DNA of 64,000 nt from Candidatus Fraserbacteria bacterium (GTDB taxonomy: Bacteria; Bipolaricaulota; Bipolaricaulia; RBG-16-55-9; DRXL01), in contig CAMTVK010000002.1 of NCBI GenBank assembly GCA_947085185.1, forward strand, positions 32,001 to 96,000, given 5' to 3'. Below are positions 1 to 9,166 of this stretch, in pieces. A model generated the notes under the pieces. The model was not told the origin of the DNA. It searched no databases and saw nothing but the letters and a program-made list of their open reading frames with translations. The position numbers and the translations under genes are program-made. Position 1 is the stretch's first letter. Each line of letters begins with the position of its first letter.

Positions 1-604
1 TATCGAAGTGCTGCGTGCGGTGCGCCAGCGCTTTCCCGATATAGAGCTCATGGCTGATGCCAACGCGGCGTACTCCATCGCTGATTTCGATCATCTCAAA
101 AAGTTTGACGAATTTGGACTTTCCATGTTGGAACAGCCCTTGGATTACGACGATCTCATAGACCACTCGGTCCTCCAGAGAGCTGTGAAGACCCCGATCT
201 GTCTCGATGAGAGCATCAAGACCCCCACGGACGCGAGGAAGGCGTTAGACATTGGGGCGTGTAAGATCATTAATATCAAGCCGGGGCGGGTGGGCGGGCT
301 GCTCAACGCTCAAAAGATTCACGATCTCTGTCGGGAGCGGGGTGTGCCCGTCTGGTGTGGTGGGATGCTCGAGACTGGGATCGGGAGGGCGGCCAATATT
401 GCTTTGGCGAGCCTGCCGGGATTTACGCTGCCAAACGATATCTCCGCGAGCGCTCGCTACTGGAGAGAAGATCTCATTGATCCGCCGTTTGTGCTTGAGC
501 CTGACGGGACAATAAAGGTACCGACGGAGCCGGGGCTGGGGGTGCGCGTGGTGCAAGAGCGAGTAGAGAGAGCGACACAGCGACGCGAGGAGTTTGTCGC
601 TTAG
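1..604 (+). CDS. menC: o-succinylbenzoate synthase / N-acylamino acid racemase (enolase superfamily), 5' truncated by window edge
   Basis: Enolase-family metal ligands DAN, EQP, DE; NIKPGRVGG and WCGGMLETGIG motifs. Confidence 0.85.
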   Translation, partial: IEVLRAVRQRFPDIELMADANAAYSIADFDHLKKFDEFGLSMLEQPLDYDDLIDHSVLQRAVKTPICLDESIKTPTDARKALDIGACKIINIKPGRVGGLLNAQKIHDLCRERGVPVWCGGMLETGIGRAANIALASLPGFTLPNDISASARYWREDLIDPPFVLEPDGTIKVPTEPGLGVRVVQERVERATQRREEFVA

Positions 605-641
605 GTGTCTAGCAAGTAGTATTATGTGAGGGTGAGGAATC

Positions 642-811
642 ATGAAGTACACTGTTGTTTTGGAAAAGCGAATAGTCATATGATCTTACGGCGCGACCAT
701 CCCTTTGCTCAAGTGAGCGTGCCCGACCATAAAAGCCTCGATACAGGGACTTTAGCCCACATCTTGGATGCAGCAGGTCTCAGCATCGAGGAATTTCGCA
801 AGTTGCTCTAA
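642..811 (+). pseudogene. hicB-hicA toxin-antitoxin remnant with internal deletion
   Basis: RBS + ATG642 gives MKYTVVLEKRIVI* (HicB-like N-terminus); from 674 another frame gives SHMILRRDHPFAQVSVPDHKSLDTGTLAHILDAAGLSIEEF (HicA C-terminal two-thirds). Confidence 0.7.
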
Positions 812-813
812 GC

Positions 814-1572
814 ATGATCCTCAAAACTGTTGGTTTTATCTTACGCGCGATCAAGTTCCGCGAGAGCGACCTCATCCTCACTGTGCTCAGCAGAGATCAT
901 GGAAGAATTTCGCTCATCGCCAAGGCCGCCCGACGTACCGAGAGCAAATTCGGCGCCGCGCTCGATCTGTTGACCCTCAGCGAGCTCGTCTTCTATGACA
1001 CAGAGAATCTGAAATTATTAAAAGAAGCGAGCATCATCGAAGACTATCACGCCCTCAAAAGCGATTATGATCGCCTGACGCTCGCCCTGCACACAGCGCA
1101 TCTGATCAATCAGCTTGTCGAAGAGCACCATCCGGATCGAGCGGTCTTCGAGTTTCTACAAGATTTTTTAGAGCATTTAAGTTCTGTGAGAGATCTCAAT
1201 CTTGCGGCCATAGCAGTGAAGCTCAAGTTCATGCGCGTGTTGGGGATCGCGCCGCGCCTGAGCAGTTGTGCGCGCTGCGGACACAAGCTCCGCTTGAGCC
1301 TTCCTGATTTGTCCAGCCGTAGGCTGGGCAAGACAAACAGTCCAGACGAAGTCTGGTTCTCCCCGCAGAGCGGGGGCTTGGTCTGTGGAGCTTGTCATCA
1401 AGCGGGCGACATCCGCCTCAGCCCGCGCTTGGCTCAGAGCCTGAAGATGATCCTCGGGATGAGATGGGATAGACTCAATCGCTTCGCGCTGGCACCAGAC
1501 GAAACAGAACTGGCCAATGAAGCCCTCGATGAGTTCATCGGCTTCCATCTCAAGGCCCTGGCAAAGCGCTGA
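814..1572 (+). CDS. recO: DNA repair protein RecO
   Basis: N-terminal OB fold (FRESDLILTVLS..GRISLIAK), CxxC..CxxC zinc motif. Confidence 0.95.
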   Translation: MILKTVGFILRAIKFRESDLILTVLSRDHGRISLIAKAARRTESKFGAALDLLTLSELVFYDTENLKLLKEASIIEDYHALKSDYDRLTLALHTAHLINQLVEEHHPDRAVFEFLQDFLEHLSSVRDLNLAAIAVKLKFMRVLGIAPRLSSCARCGHKLRLSLPDLSSRRLGKTNSPDEVWFSPQSGGLVCGACHQAGDIRLSPRLAQSLKMILGMRWDRLNRFALAPDETELANEALDEFIGFHLKALAKR

Positions 1573-1575
1573 ATC

Positions 1576-1671
1576 TCACATACTCTCGAAGTAGCCCCCG
1601 ATGCGAATCAACAGAATCGTGATCCCCACAGCGATCAGGAAATTCCCCAACGCGGTTAAGAGCTCCGGCAT
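1576..1671 (-). CDS. 31-aa single-pass membrane peptide
   Basis: MPELLTALGNFLIAVGITILLIRIGGYFESM; SD GGGGGTGA upstream; TTGACA-18-TATAGA promoter at 1728-1699. Confidence 0.6.
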   Translation of the reverse strand: MPELLTALGNFLIAVGITILLIRIGGYFESM

Positions 1672-1761
1672 ACGTTCACCCCCTGTCAAGATAGAGTATC
1701 TATAGCACAAAGAGCGCATCCCTGTCAAATGGCGAGGAGGGGGAACGAACGTTCCCCCGAT

Positions 1762-1790
1762 TTGACAATCTTGGGCTTCCGTGTTAAAAG
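1762..1790 (+). promoter_or_regulatory. sigma70-type promoter of the S8 protease gene
   Basis: TTGACA-17-TAAAAG with TG extension; SD AAAGGAGG before ATG1824. Confidence 0.55.
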
Positions 1791-1823
1791 AATTATGATA
1801 CCCTTGAAAACAAAGGAGGCTCT

Positions 1824-4800
1824 ATGCTCAAAAGAAGCGGCGCGGTCCTACTGGCGCTTTGCGTTATAAGTAGTTTCTCTGTAGTGGCTCAGGAGTGGGA
1901 AAGCTGGCCTGGAACGAGAAGCTTTGACCATCCTAAGATCGCTAATATCTTGGAGGACCTAATCTCAAGCTCCCCAGCACAACGCCCTCTGGTCATAACG
2001 GATGCGCTGCGTCTGAAGCCCTCGGTGTACGACTTGCATCTTCAAGGGGATCGTGTCAGAGTCATTATTGAAACTGAGTCAGAGAGAGCTATCAGCAAGA
2101 TCGCAGCAGCCATCGAGCGCGTTGGGGGCCAGATCGAGCTGAGCTACGGCACTCAGATCCAAGCGTTCATGCCCTTAAAGAGTATCGAACAGATCGCGGA
2201 TCTCCAAGAAGTGCAGTTTGTTCGGCTTCCCGTCCGCCCCCTCTTAGACCAAGGGACGACAGTCAGTGAAGGCCAGAGGCTCATCGGTGCGCCGGCGTGG
2301 CACAAGGAGGGCGTGAACGGCCAAGGGGTGAAAGTCGGGGTGATCGATCCCGGTCTTGATCGCTATGAGCGGCTCTTAGGGCGAGAGCTTCCTCCACGCG
2401 AGCGGGTTACAGCCAAGTCCTTCCGTCGTGACGGGCGGATGGCAGACCCAGAGTTCCCTGAGCAGCATGGCGTCGCGGTGAGCGAGGTCATCACGGATAT
2501 TGCGCCGGGGATGAATCTCTATCTTGCAGCCTTTGAGACCGATCTCGAGTTTCGTCAGGCTGTCGACTGGATGATCGACCAGAAAGTAGACGTGATCAAT
2601 ACCTCGTTGGGGTTTCCCTCAGGATGCTTTCGCGGCGCGGGATTGTTCGAGCCTCACATCAAGAAAGCCAAAGAAGCCGGGATCACTTGGGTGACGAGTG
2701 CAGGCAATCGCGGTAATGGTCACTGGGAAGGGAGCTTCACCGATACGAACACCAATAATCGCCATGAATTCTCTAGCTACGACGAGACCCTCACCCTGGA
2801 AGTAGAACTTGTCCCTCTGGAGATTCAGGGGCAGAAGGTCGCCGGGGTGCTTCTCGTATTCTTTCTCAGTTGGGATGCCCCTTGCAGTGGAGCTTCCGAC
2901 GATTATGATCTCGCGATCTTTCCAGAGTCGGCCCCGGATGTTCGCATCCAAGGGGATTGGATGTGGCGCCGCGGGGTGCCGGTCAAGATCGCCGGAGGGC
3001 TCTTCTATACACGCAACCCAGCTGCAGCCGGACGCCGTGACTCCTTTGGCGTGGAGATCATCAAAAAGCGCTCTGGTGCTGCACCAGCTCGACTCGACCT
3101 CGTTGCTCAGGTCTGCATCATCTGTCATACTCTTGAATATCTCACCCCTCAGGGGAGTATCTCGATCTTCGAGCCTGCCATCTCCCCCAACGCGATGAGC
3201 GTAGGAGCGTTCCATCATGCGCCAGATCGCTGCCCCAGAGATCTCTGCCCGGAGACGAATCTCTTAATCTATAGCAGCCGCGGCCCAACAAAAGACGGCC
3301 GTGTAAAACCTGATATCACGGCTCCATCGCACGTCTCTACCGTCACCTACGGAAAGTACACAGGGGACAGAAGGGATCAAAACCCTGGGTTTAACGGGAC
3401 TTCGGCAGCGGCGCCGCACGCCGCGGGCGCCGCCGCGCTCGTCAAACAGATCTTCCCCAAGTTCACACCCCGGCAGATCCAAGAGTTTCTCGAGAGGCGC
3501 GCTGAAGACCGTGGCCCACGCGGCAAAGACAACGACTGGGGCGCTGGACAGCTCCTCCTTGGGGAAGTCATTATCATCCCCAACGCGCCAGCAGATTTAG
3601 TCGCCCTGGGGCGTGGCCCGCGCGAGATCGCGCTCTCCTGGAAGGACCAAGCCACCAACGAAGCGGGTTTTTCAGTGGAGCGGCGCTTCACCCTCGATCC
3701 CGACTTTGTCGAGATCGCTCGGCTCGGCCCCGATAGCACCGAATTCACCGATACGGCCGTCCTGCCAGAGACGGTCTATTGCTATCGCGTGCGGGCGTTT
3801 ACGTCCTCAGGTCAGTCAGACTATTCCAATGAGTCGTGCGCTTCTGGCACCCCTGAGGCCAAACCGGCTGTCTATGAGTTCTCAGCTGAGATTCAATCGG
3901 GCGTCTTTGGGCGCATTGAGCTGCCCTCGGAGATTAAGAGCGCGCTTCCCGTGGGCGTGCGCTTCGTCGAAGAGCCCAATATCACGGTGGGCGAGCGCAC
4001 AAGCCGCGCACTCAGCGATGTGAACTTACAGCTGTCGCCCAACACCGGCTCGATCTTTGGCCGCCCCATCGGCTCGGGAGAGTTTTCGTTCTTGATCGGG
4101 GTCTTCTCTAACGGACACAAGCTTGCACGCATCTGGGTGCTGCTTACTATAAAGCCCGCCCTCGCTCTGGCACGACGCGCTGCTCAAAGCCCACCAGAGA
4201 TTCTCTTTATTGACTTTCCTGCACAGATTCGAGCTACAGGAAAGCCCGTGGTGGGCTTTGTCGGCTTCAAAGACCCCGACGGCGATCTGGCCAAAGCGAG
4301 TTTCGTTGTGGTCAGCGCGACGGACTTCCAGAGCTTCGAAGTCACACCGAACGTCAAGGGCCAAACAGAAGGGGCATTCTCTTTTGAGATCGCGACGGCG
4401 ATAGCGCAGCGCGTCACGCTCTCTGTGACGCTCACCGACGAAGCAGGCCAGACGAGCCCACCGAAAGAGTTCTCCTTCGAAGCTGTGCCGGTGCCGATCT
4501 TGCGCGTGACACCAGAAAGCTTGGAGGCAAAGGGCATGGCTGGCGTAGGCGAGCCTCCTCCTCAAGAGCTTGAGATTTCTAATAGCGGGAGCGGAACGCT
4601 CTTCTGGACGGCGCTCACCGATGCGTCGTGGCTGATGATCTCTCCCGATGCTGGGGAGCTCGCTGCCGGAGAGTCTACCCGACTGACGGTCAAAGCCGAT
4701 ACCACCGCTCTAGGGGCTGGGCGCTATCGTGCCCTGATTATGATCCGTGCTCCCGCAGCTGAAAATAGCCCTCAATGGGTGCGCTTTCTGCTAGAGCTGA

Positions 4801-5855
4801 CTCCTTCAGGAGGAACTCTGCTTTGGCAAGTCCCTGTCGGACCGACGGATTCTAGCCCTGCGCTGGGCCTCGATGGGACGATCTATCTCTTTGGGGGAGA
4901 TCAATCGCTCTATGCGATCAGTTCTGATGGCCAGGTGCTCTGGACTTTTCGTGCAGGCAGAGCTTTTCTCTCAGCTTCGGTCGCGCTCTCAGACAAAACG
5001 ATCTACTGTGGAGCAGATGACGGCAATCTCTATGCGCTCGCCCTCGACGGTAAGGAGAAATGGCGCTTTTCAGCGGGCTTGCCCATCCGAAGCAGCCCGG
5101 CGATCGGCCCCGATGGCACGATCTATCTCGGCTCCGGCAGCCAACCCCTAGAGAGTGCTAAAATCTACGCGGTGCAGCCCGATGGAACTCTGAAAGGACG
5201 TCCCCTTGACGTCGAAGGGGGCGTCGTCTCTAGCCCGGCTCTCAGTAAGAATTTCCTCTATGTGGGCTCGCTCGACCGACGCGTCTACGCGGTGAACCTC
5301 GACGGGTTCTATCGTCAGTGGCGCTTCCGGGCCGGAGATTCTATCAGCAGCTCCCCGGCAGTTGGGGGCGATGGCACGATCTATATCGGCTCCGACGACG
5401 GCAATCTCTATGCGCTTGCCCCCGACGGTAAGGAGAAATGGCGCTTCAAAACCAACGACAGAGTCGTCTCGTCCCCAGCGATCGGCCCCGATGGCACGAT
5501 TTATATCGGCTCGCTCGATGGACGACTCTATGCTGTCAAGCCCGATGGCCAAGAGAAATGGCGCTTTCACACCGAAGGGCCAATATATTCTTCGCCGGCG
5601 GTCGCTGCCGATGGAGTCGTGTACATCGGCTCTGACGATGGCTCTCTCTATGCCGTCACCCCCGACGGCACGCAGCGTTGGCGCTTCAAGACCAATGGCG
5701 AAGTGCGCTCGTCCCCCGTGATTGGCCCCACTGGGACAATCTACGTCGCCTCACGAGATGGGACACTCTATGCGATCCGGGGTGAAGCTGGCCCAGCCCA
5801 AAGCCCTTGGCCGATGTTCCGCGGCACCCCGCAGCGCACCGGGACAAAACCCTAA
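1824..5855 (+). CDS. Secreted S8 subtilase with FN3, Ig/BACON-like domains and C-terminal PQQ-like beta-propeller
   Basis: Signal peptide; triad motifs VGVIDPG, QHGVAV, GTSAAAP; FN3 (LSWKD..YCYRVRA); repeated SSPAIGPDGTIYIGS-DGxLYA blades. Confidence 0.9.
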   Translation: MLKRSGAVLLALCVISSFSVVAQEWESWPGTRSFDHPKIANILEDLISSSPAQRPLVITDALRLKPSVYDLHLQGDRVRVIIETESERAISKIAAAIERVGGQIELSYGTQIQAFMPLKSIEQIADLQEVQFVRLPVRPLLDQGTTVSEGQRLIGAPAWHKEGVNGQGVKVGVIDPGLDRYERLLGRELPPRERVTAKSFRRDGRMADPEFPEQHGVAVSEVITDIAPGMNLYLAAFETDLEFRQAVDWMIDQKVDVINTSLGFPSGCFRGAGLFEPHIKKAKEAGITWVTSAGNRGNGHWEGSFTDTNTNNRHEFSSYDETLTLEVELVPLEIQGQKVAGVLLVFFLSWDAPCSGASDDYDLAIFPESAPDVRIQGDWMWRRGVPVKIAGGLFYTRNPAAAGRRDSFGVEIIKKRSGAAPARLDLVAQVCIICHTLEYLTPQGSISIFEPAISPNAMSVGAFHHAPDRCPRDLCPETNLLIYSSRGPTKDGRVKPDITAPSHVSTVTYGKYTGDRRDQNPGFNGTSAAAPHAAGAAALVKQIFPKFTPRQIQEFLERRAEDRGPRGKDNDWGAGQLLLGEVIIIPNAPADLVALGRGPREIALSWKDQATNEAGFSVERRFTLDPDFVEIARLGPDSTEFTDTAVLPETVYCYRVRAFTSSGQSDYSNESCASGTPEAKPAVYEFSAEIQSGVFGRIELPSEIKSALPVGVRFVEEPNITVGERTSRALSDVNLQLSPNTGSIFGRPIGSGEFSFLIGVFSNGHKLARIWVLLTIKPALALARRAAQSPPEILFIDFPAQIRATGKPVVGFVGFKDPDGDLAKASFVVVSATDFQSFEVTPNVKGQTEGAFSFEIATAIAQRVTLSVTLTDEAGQTSPPKEFSFEAVPVPILRVTPESLEAKGMAGVGEPPPQELEISNSGSGTLFWTALTDASWLMISPDAGELAAGESTRLTVKADTTALGAGRYRALIMIRAPAAENSPQWVRFLLELTPSGGTLLWQVPVGPTDSSPALGLDGTIYLFGGDQSLYAISSDGQVLWTFRAGRAFLSASVALSDKTIYCGADDGNLYALALDGKEKWRFSAGLPIRSSPAIGPDGTIYLGSGSQPLESAKIYAVQPDGTLKGRPLDVEGGVVSSPALSKNFLYVGSLDRRVYAVNLDGFYRQWRFRAGDSISSSPAVGGDGTIYIGSDDGNLYALAPDGKEKWRFKTNDRVVSSPAIGPDGTIYIGSLDGRLYAVKPDGQEKWRFHTEGPIYSSPAVAADGVVYIGSDDGSLYAVTPDGTQRWRFKTNGEVRSSPVIGPTGTIYVASRDGTLYAIRGEAGPAQSPWPMFRGTPQRTGTKP

Positions 5856-5864
5856 AACTCTTAG

Positions 5865-6539
5865 TTACTCCTTCTCGGTGCCGTTCATGTGCCGCGCGTC
5901 GAGCACCTTGATCTTGCGATCTTTTAAGTCCTTGACGATCGAGCGCCAGTCGTAGCTGTCTATCTTGATGACAAAAATCCCTGTGTCGGGCGTGGTGCGA
6001 CACTCATCGCACGTGACGATGCTGCGCACGTTGACGTCGTGGTCGCGGATGACTTCAAGGACTTCAGCTAACGCTCCAGGGCGGTCCTCCAGTTCGAGAG
6101 TCAACCGCGTGCCCTTCTGATGAACCCCCAAAAGCTTCAAGAGCACTTCGAATATATCAGACTCTGTAATAATCCCCACAAGATGCCCCCCTTCGACCAC
6201 CGGGAGCCCACCGACCTTGTGCTTCCGCATGAGCGAGGCCGCTCGCTCGATAGGATCATCCGGACTGACGGTGATCAAATCTTCGGCCTTGACCATGATC
6301 TGCTCCACAGTCGTGCGAGCTAAGAGATAATTTAACTCCCAGACGCTCAGGGTCGTAGCATCCGAGGGGCTCGCTTCTTGAATATCGCTCTTGGTGACGA
6401 TCCCCATGAGCTTGCCTCGCTTGTTGACCACGGGCAGGCGCCGCACCTCGTGCTTCTTCATGAGCTCCCGGGCCTCAAAGATCGGGGTCTCCGGCGGAAC
6501 TGTTATGACATCCGTGGTCATCCACATGCGCACAAACAT
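5865..6539 (-). CDS. acuB: CBS pair + ACT domain protein (AcuB-like)
   Basis: Two CBS domains, ASPSDATTLSVWELNYLL signature, ACT (EDRPGAL). Confidence 0.85.
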   Translation of the reverse strand: MFVRMWMTTDVITVPPETPIFEARELMKKHEVRRLPVVNKRGKLMGIVTKSDIQEASPSDATTLSVWELNYLLARTTVEQIMVKAEDLITVSPDDPIERAASLMRKHKVGGLPVVEGGHLVGIITESDIFEVLLKLLGVHQKGTRLTLELEDRPGALAEVLEVIRDHDVNVRSIVTCDECRTTPDTGIFVIKIDSYDWRSIVKDLKDRKIKVLDARHMNGTEKE

Positions 6540-6599
6540 CGTCTCGTCCTCCTTCTTGCGTGCTAGTATACCGTCTGGGTCTGGGGTCCGGCAATTGTG

Positions 6600-7334
6600 C
6601 TAGCGTAGGACTTTCGTATGAACCGGAAGCACGTCGGAGTTCAGATAATTGCGGAGCAAGCTCGATGGCAGCCGCCACTCCTTGGGGACCACCCTGTGAG
6701 AGACGAGATGGGCCCGAGTGTAGACTTCTCCCTCAAAGAGCAAGCGCGCAACAAACGTCGCGCAGTTGAATCCCAAGAGACTGTAGGGGATCGCTTCGCC
6801 GTACCAGGCGCGTCGCCAGGGCTTGCTCAAGATGGGATCAGGCTCTAACTGCGAGATATAGTGCTCAACGAGCCGACGGATCCGAACAGCTTGCTCAGGA
6901 TGCACCCGAATGATTAGGCGCACCTCAGGAGATGCTAAAAATTTCTCCAGCGTCATCCCGGGCTCACGCAAGATATCCCACTCGATGATACTGCCCGGCT
7001 GTCGCACGAAGAGCAGACGCCCATAGTAGAGCAAGCGCTCCAGCCCTTGATACTGCTCGGGATTCACATATTTTCTGCGATAGTGCTCTGCCGCGCCAAA
7101 CGCATAGACTTTGATGCCGACAAACCTCCCGTGATCGTCGAATTCGTCCATCCCCAAAGCGACGTGCCAAAAGCCCCCAATGAGATAGAGATTGACCCCA
7201 GGCTCGTCGAACGCCGCTTGGACCCGAACAAAATAGAGATTGACCGACGAACTGAAGGTGATCACAAACAGCCCTGTTAATATCAGAATACGGCGCACCT
7301 GAAGCTTCCGTCGCGAGAAGATCTTGCGATGCAT
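6600..7334 (-). CDS. Membrane-anchored hypothetical, possible permuted papain-like hydrolase
   Basis: N-terminal TM; GFWHVALG and YSLLGFNCATFV motifs. Confidence 0.55.
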   Translation of the reverse strand: MHRKIFSRRKLQVRRILILTGLFVITFSSSVNLYFVRVQAAFDEPGVNLYLIGGFWHVALGMDEFDDHGRFVGIKVYAFGAAEHYRRKYVNPEQYQGLERLLYYGRLLFVRQPGSIIEWDILREPGMTLEKFLASPEVRLIIRVHPEQAVRIRRLVEHYISQLEPDPILSKPWRRAWYGEAIPYSLLGFNCATFVARLLFEGEVYTRAHLVSHRVVPKEWRLPSSLLRNYLNSDVLPVHTKVLR

Positions 7335-7418
7335 AGCTTTATATTATATATAACGAAGAGAGCGCCTCCCTGCAAGAGGGGTTGCACGGAGCTTAGGCAG
7401 TTGCTTAAATACATAACG

Positions 7419-8249
7419 ATGGATGCACGATGGTGGGTATGGGTTGGCCTAGCGGTCTTCGCGGGGGTGCTCGGCTATATCTGGCTGAGCAACCCAAACT
7501 TTGCACAGCTTGAGCCCGCTGTGCTCTCGCTTGAGAACATAGCAGCAAGCCGGATGACGCTGGCTCGCACGCCCGCCGGCCAGCTCGAATACCGCCAAGT
7601 TCCCATCAAGCTCCCCTTGTACTTCCGAGAGAGATCTCATGAGTTCAGCTATGTTCTGCAAGGGCGCGCGGTGGGGTTCCTCAAGAATCAAGATATAGAA
7701 GTGCAGCGAGATTCTCTGTTGATCATCCCCAGGCGAACGGCGCTGGGATTGCGCGTCACCAGCACCGAATCTCTGGAAATTTTGAGCTTCTATGCCCCTG
7801 CCCCCGACGCCCTCGATGAAGTGCAGGTCTTCATCGGCGATACTCTTCCCCCGGGAGATCCCTCGTCACTGCAACCTCACCCCTTGCCCACCGCTGGGTC
7901 CGATATACATCACCAAGTATTGAATCTCGCGACGTTGGAGAACAAAGAACTCCCCAAAGGAAACTCCGCATTCGAGTGGACGTACCTTGCCAAGAGCGCT
8001 GTAGGATCTGTCGCCCTGGTGCGCGTCGCGGAGCGCGTCGCTCTCAGAGAGCGCTCCGTACACTTTCTGTATATCCGTCAGGGGCAAGCCCGCATCGCCA
8101 TCGGCGAAAAGATTTTAGAAGCAACCGCAAACCATGTGGTGATCCTGCCCAACGCGGCGACTCGGGTCATTGAGCGCGTCGGCACGGAGCGCTTAGAATT
8201 TCTGCTCTTTTCTGCCCCGACGCTCCGCGAAAAAGACCTGCTCCCCTAG
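7419..8249 (+). CDS. Membrane-anchored bicupin protein
   Basis: N-terminal TM; two cupin-like repeats (HEFSYVLQG..IIPR; HFLYIRQG..VILP). Confidence 0.65.
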   Translation: MDARWWVWVGLAVFAGVLGYIWLSNPNFAQLEPAVLSLENIAASRMTLARTPAGQLEYRQVPIKLPLYFRERSHEFSYVLQGRAVGFLKNQDIEVQRDSLLIIPRRTALGLRVTSTESLEILSFYAPAPDALDEVQVFIGDTLPPGDPSSLQPHPLPTAGSDIHHQVLNLATLENKELPKGNSAFEWTYLAKSAVGSVALVRVAERVALRERSVHFLYIRQGQARIAIGEKILEATANHVVILPNAATRVIERVGTERLEFLLFSAPTLREKDLLP

Positions 8250-9154
8250 GCCAGCCCTCGGACCTTCTTCAGATAGAGCAATATACCCTGGACATTCATC
8301 TCGATCTCGCCACGGAGAAGGGGTTCTGGGTAGTGCTCTTTGAGCAGGGGCATCTCTTTCTGCACAAAGTATTCTTTCACGGCGTGATCGTCGCCGAGGG
8401 TCTTCTTGGCGTGTTCGACCTCGCTCACCCAGCTCCGCAACATCGCAGCGTATTGGTCGAGCAAGCTCATATCTGAATGTGCGCCCCAGTGGGTGTAGAG
8501 CAAGAGTGTGGGCTGGAGGGCTTTCAAGCGGGCGAGCGTCTCTAAGCTGTGCTCCAAGTGGAACGCCGGAGGCGGAGTCGTCAAGAGCAAGCCTGCCCCC
8601 CAAGGCCGGTAGATCCCTGCAGCGTCGGCCGTAAAGAGCCCGCCCAGCTTGCGCTCATAAAAACAGACTTGATGGGGCGCGTGCCCCGGGGCAGCGATCA
8701 CTTCGATCTCGTGCCCATCTCCTAAGTGAAAGGCTTCGCCGCCTCGCACCGCAAGGACGCGCTCTTGAGGGGTAGGCTGCAGCGTCCCATAGAACGGAAA
8801 CATCGGGCCGACCGCGCGCTGCACGCTCTCTAAGAGCTTTGTTGGGTCTATTAAGTGTGGCGCCCCCTGCGCATGTACGATGACTTTAGCGTTGGGGCAA
8901 GCTTCAGCCAAGTGTCCCGTGCCCCCAGCGTGATCGAGATGGACATGCGTGGGCATAATATATGCGACGTCGTGGGGGCGTATCTTGAGCTCATCGAGGG
9001 CTTGCATGGTCTTCTCGAAAGTATGCGAAAAACCTGTCTCAATGATCGCAGGTTGAGGGGCATTGAGAATATAGAGTGCGCCGTAGCGCTCCAACCCCAG
9101 CATCCCCGTGTCGAGAATATAGAGATCGTTTGCGACTCTTTCTGTGAGCGCCAT
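8246..9154 (-). CDS. MBL-fold metallo-hydrolase
   Basis: THVHLDHAGG, PGHAPH, FTADAAG motifs. Confidence 0.9.
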   Translation of the reverse strand: MALTERVANDLYILDTGMLGLERYGALYILNAPQPAIIETGFSHTFEKTMQALDELKIRPHDVAYIMPTHVHLDHAGGTGHLAEACPNAKVIVHAQGAPHLIDPTKLLESVQRAVGPMFPFYGTLQPTPQERVLAVRGGEAFHLGDGHEIEVIAAPGHAPHQVCFYERKLGGLFTADAAGIYRPWGAGLLLTTPPPAFHLEHSLETLARLKALQPTLLLYTHWGAHSDMSLLDQYAAMLRSWVSEVEHAKKTLGDDHAVKEYFVQKEMPLLKEHYPEPLLRGEIEMNVQGILLYLKKVRGLA

Positions 9155-9166
9155 ACCCCTAGAGTG

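Noticed and set aside
4800..5790. ~120-bp periodic repeats resembling an array
   Set aside because: They are in-frame beta-propeller blades of the S8 protease, not CRISPR repeats and spacers
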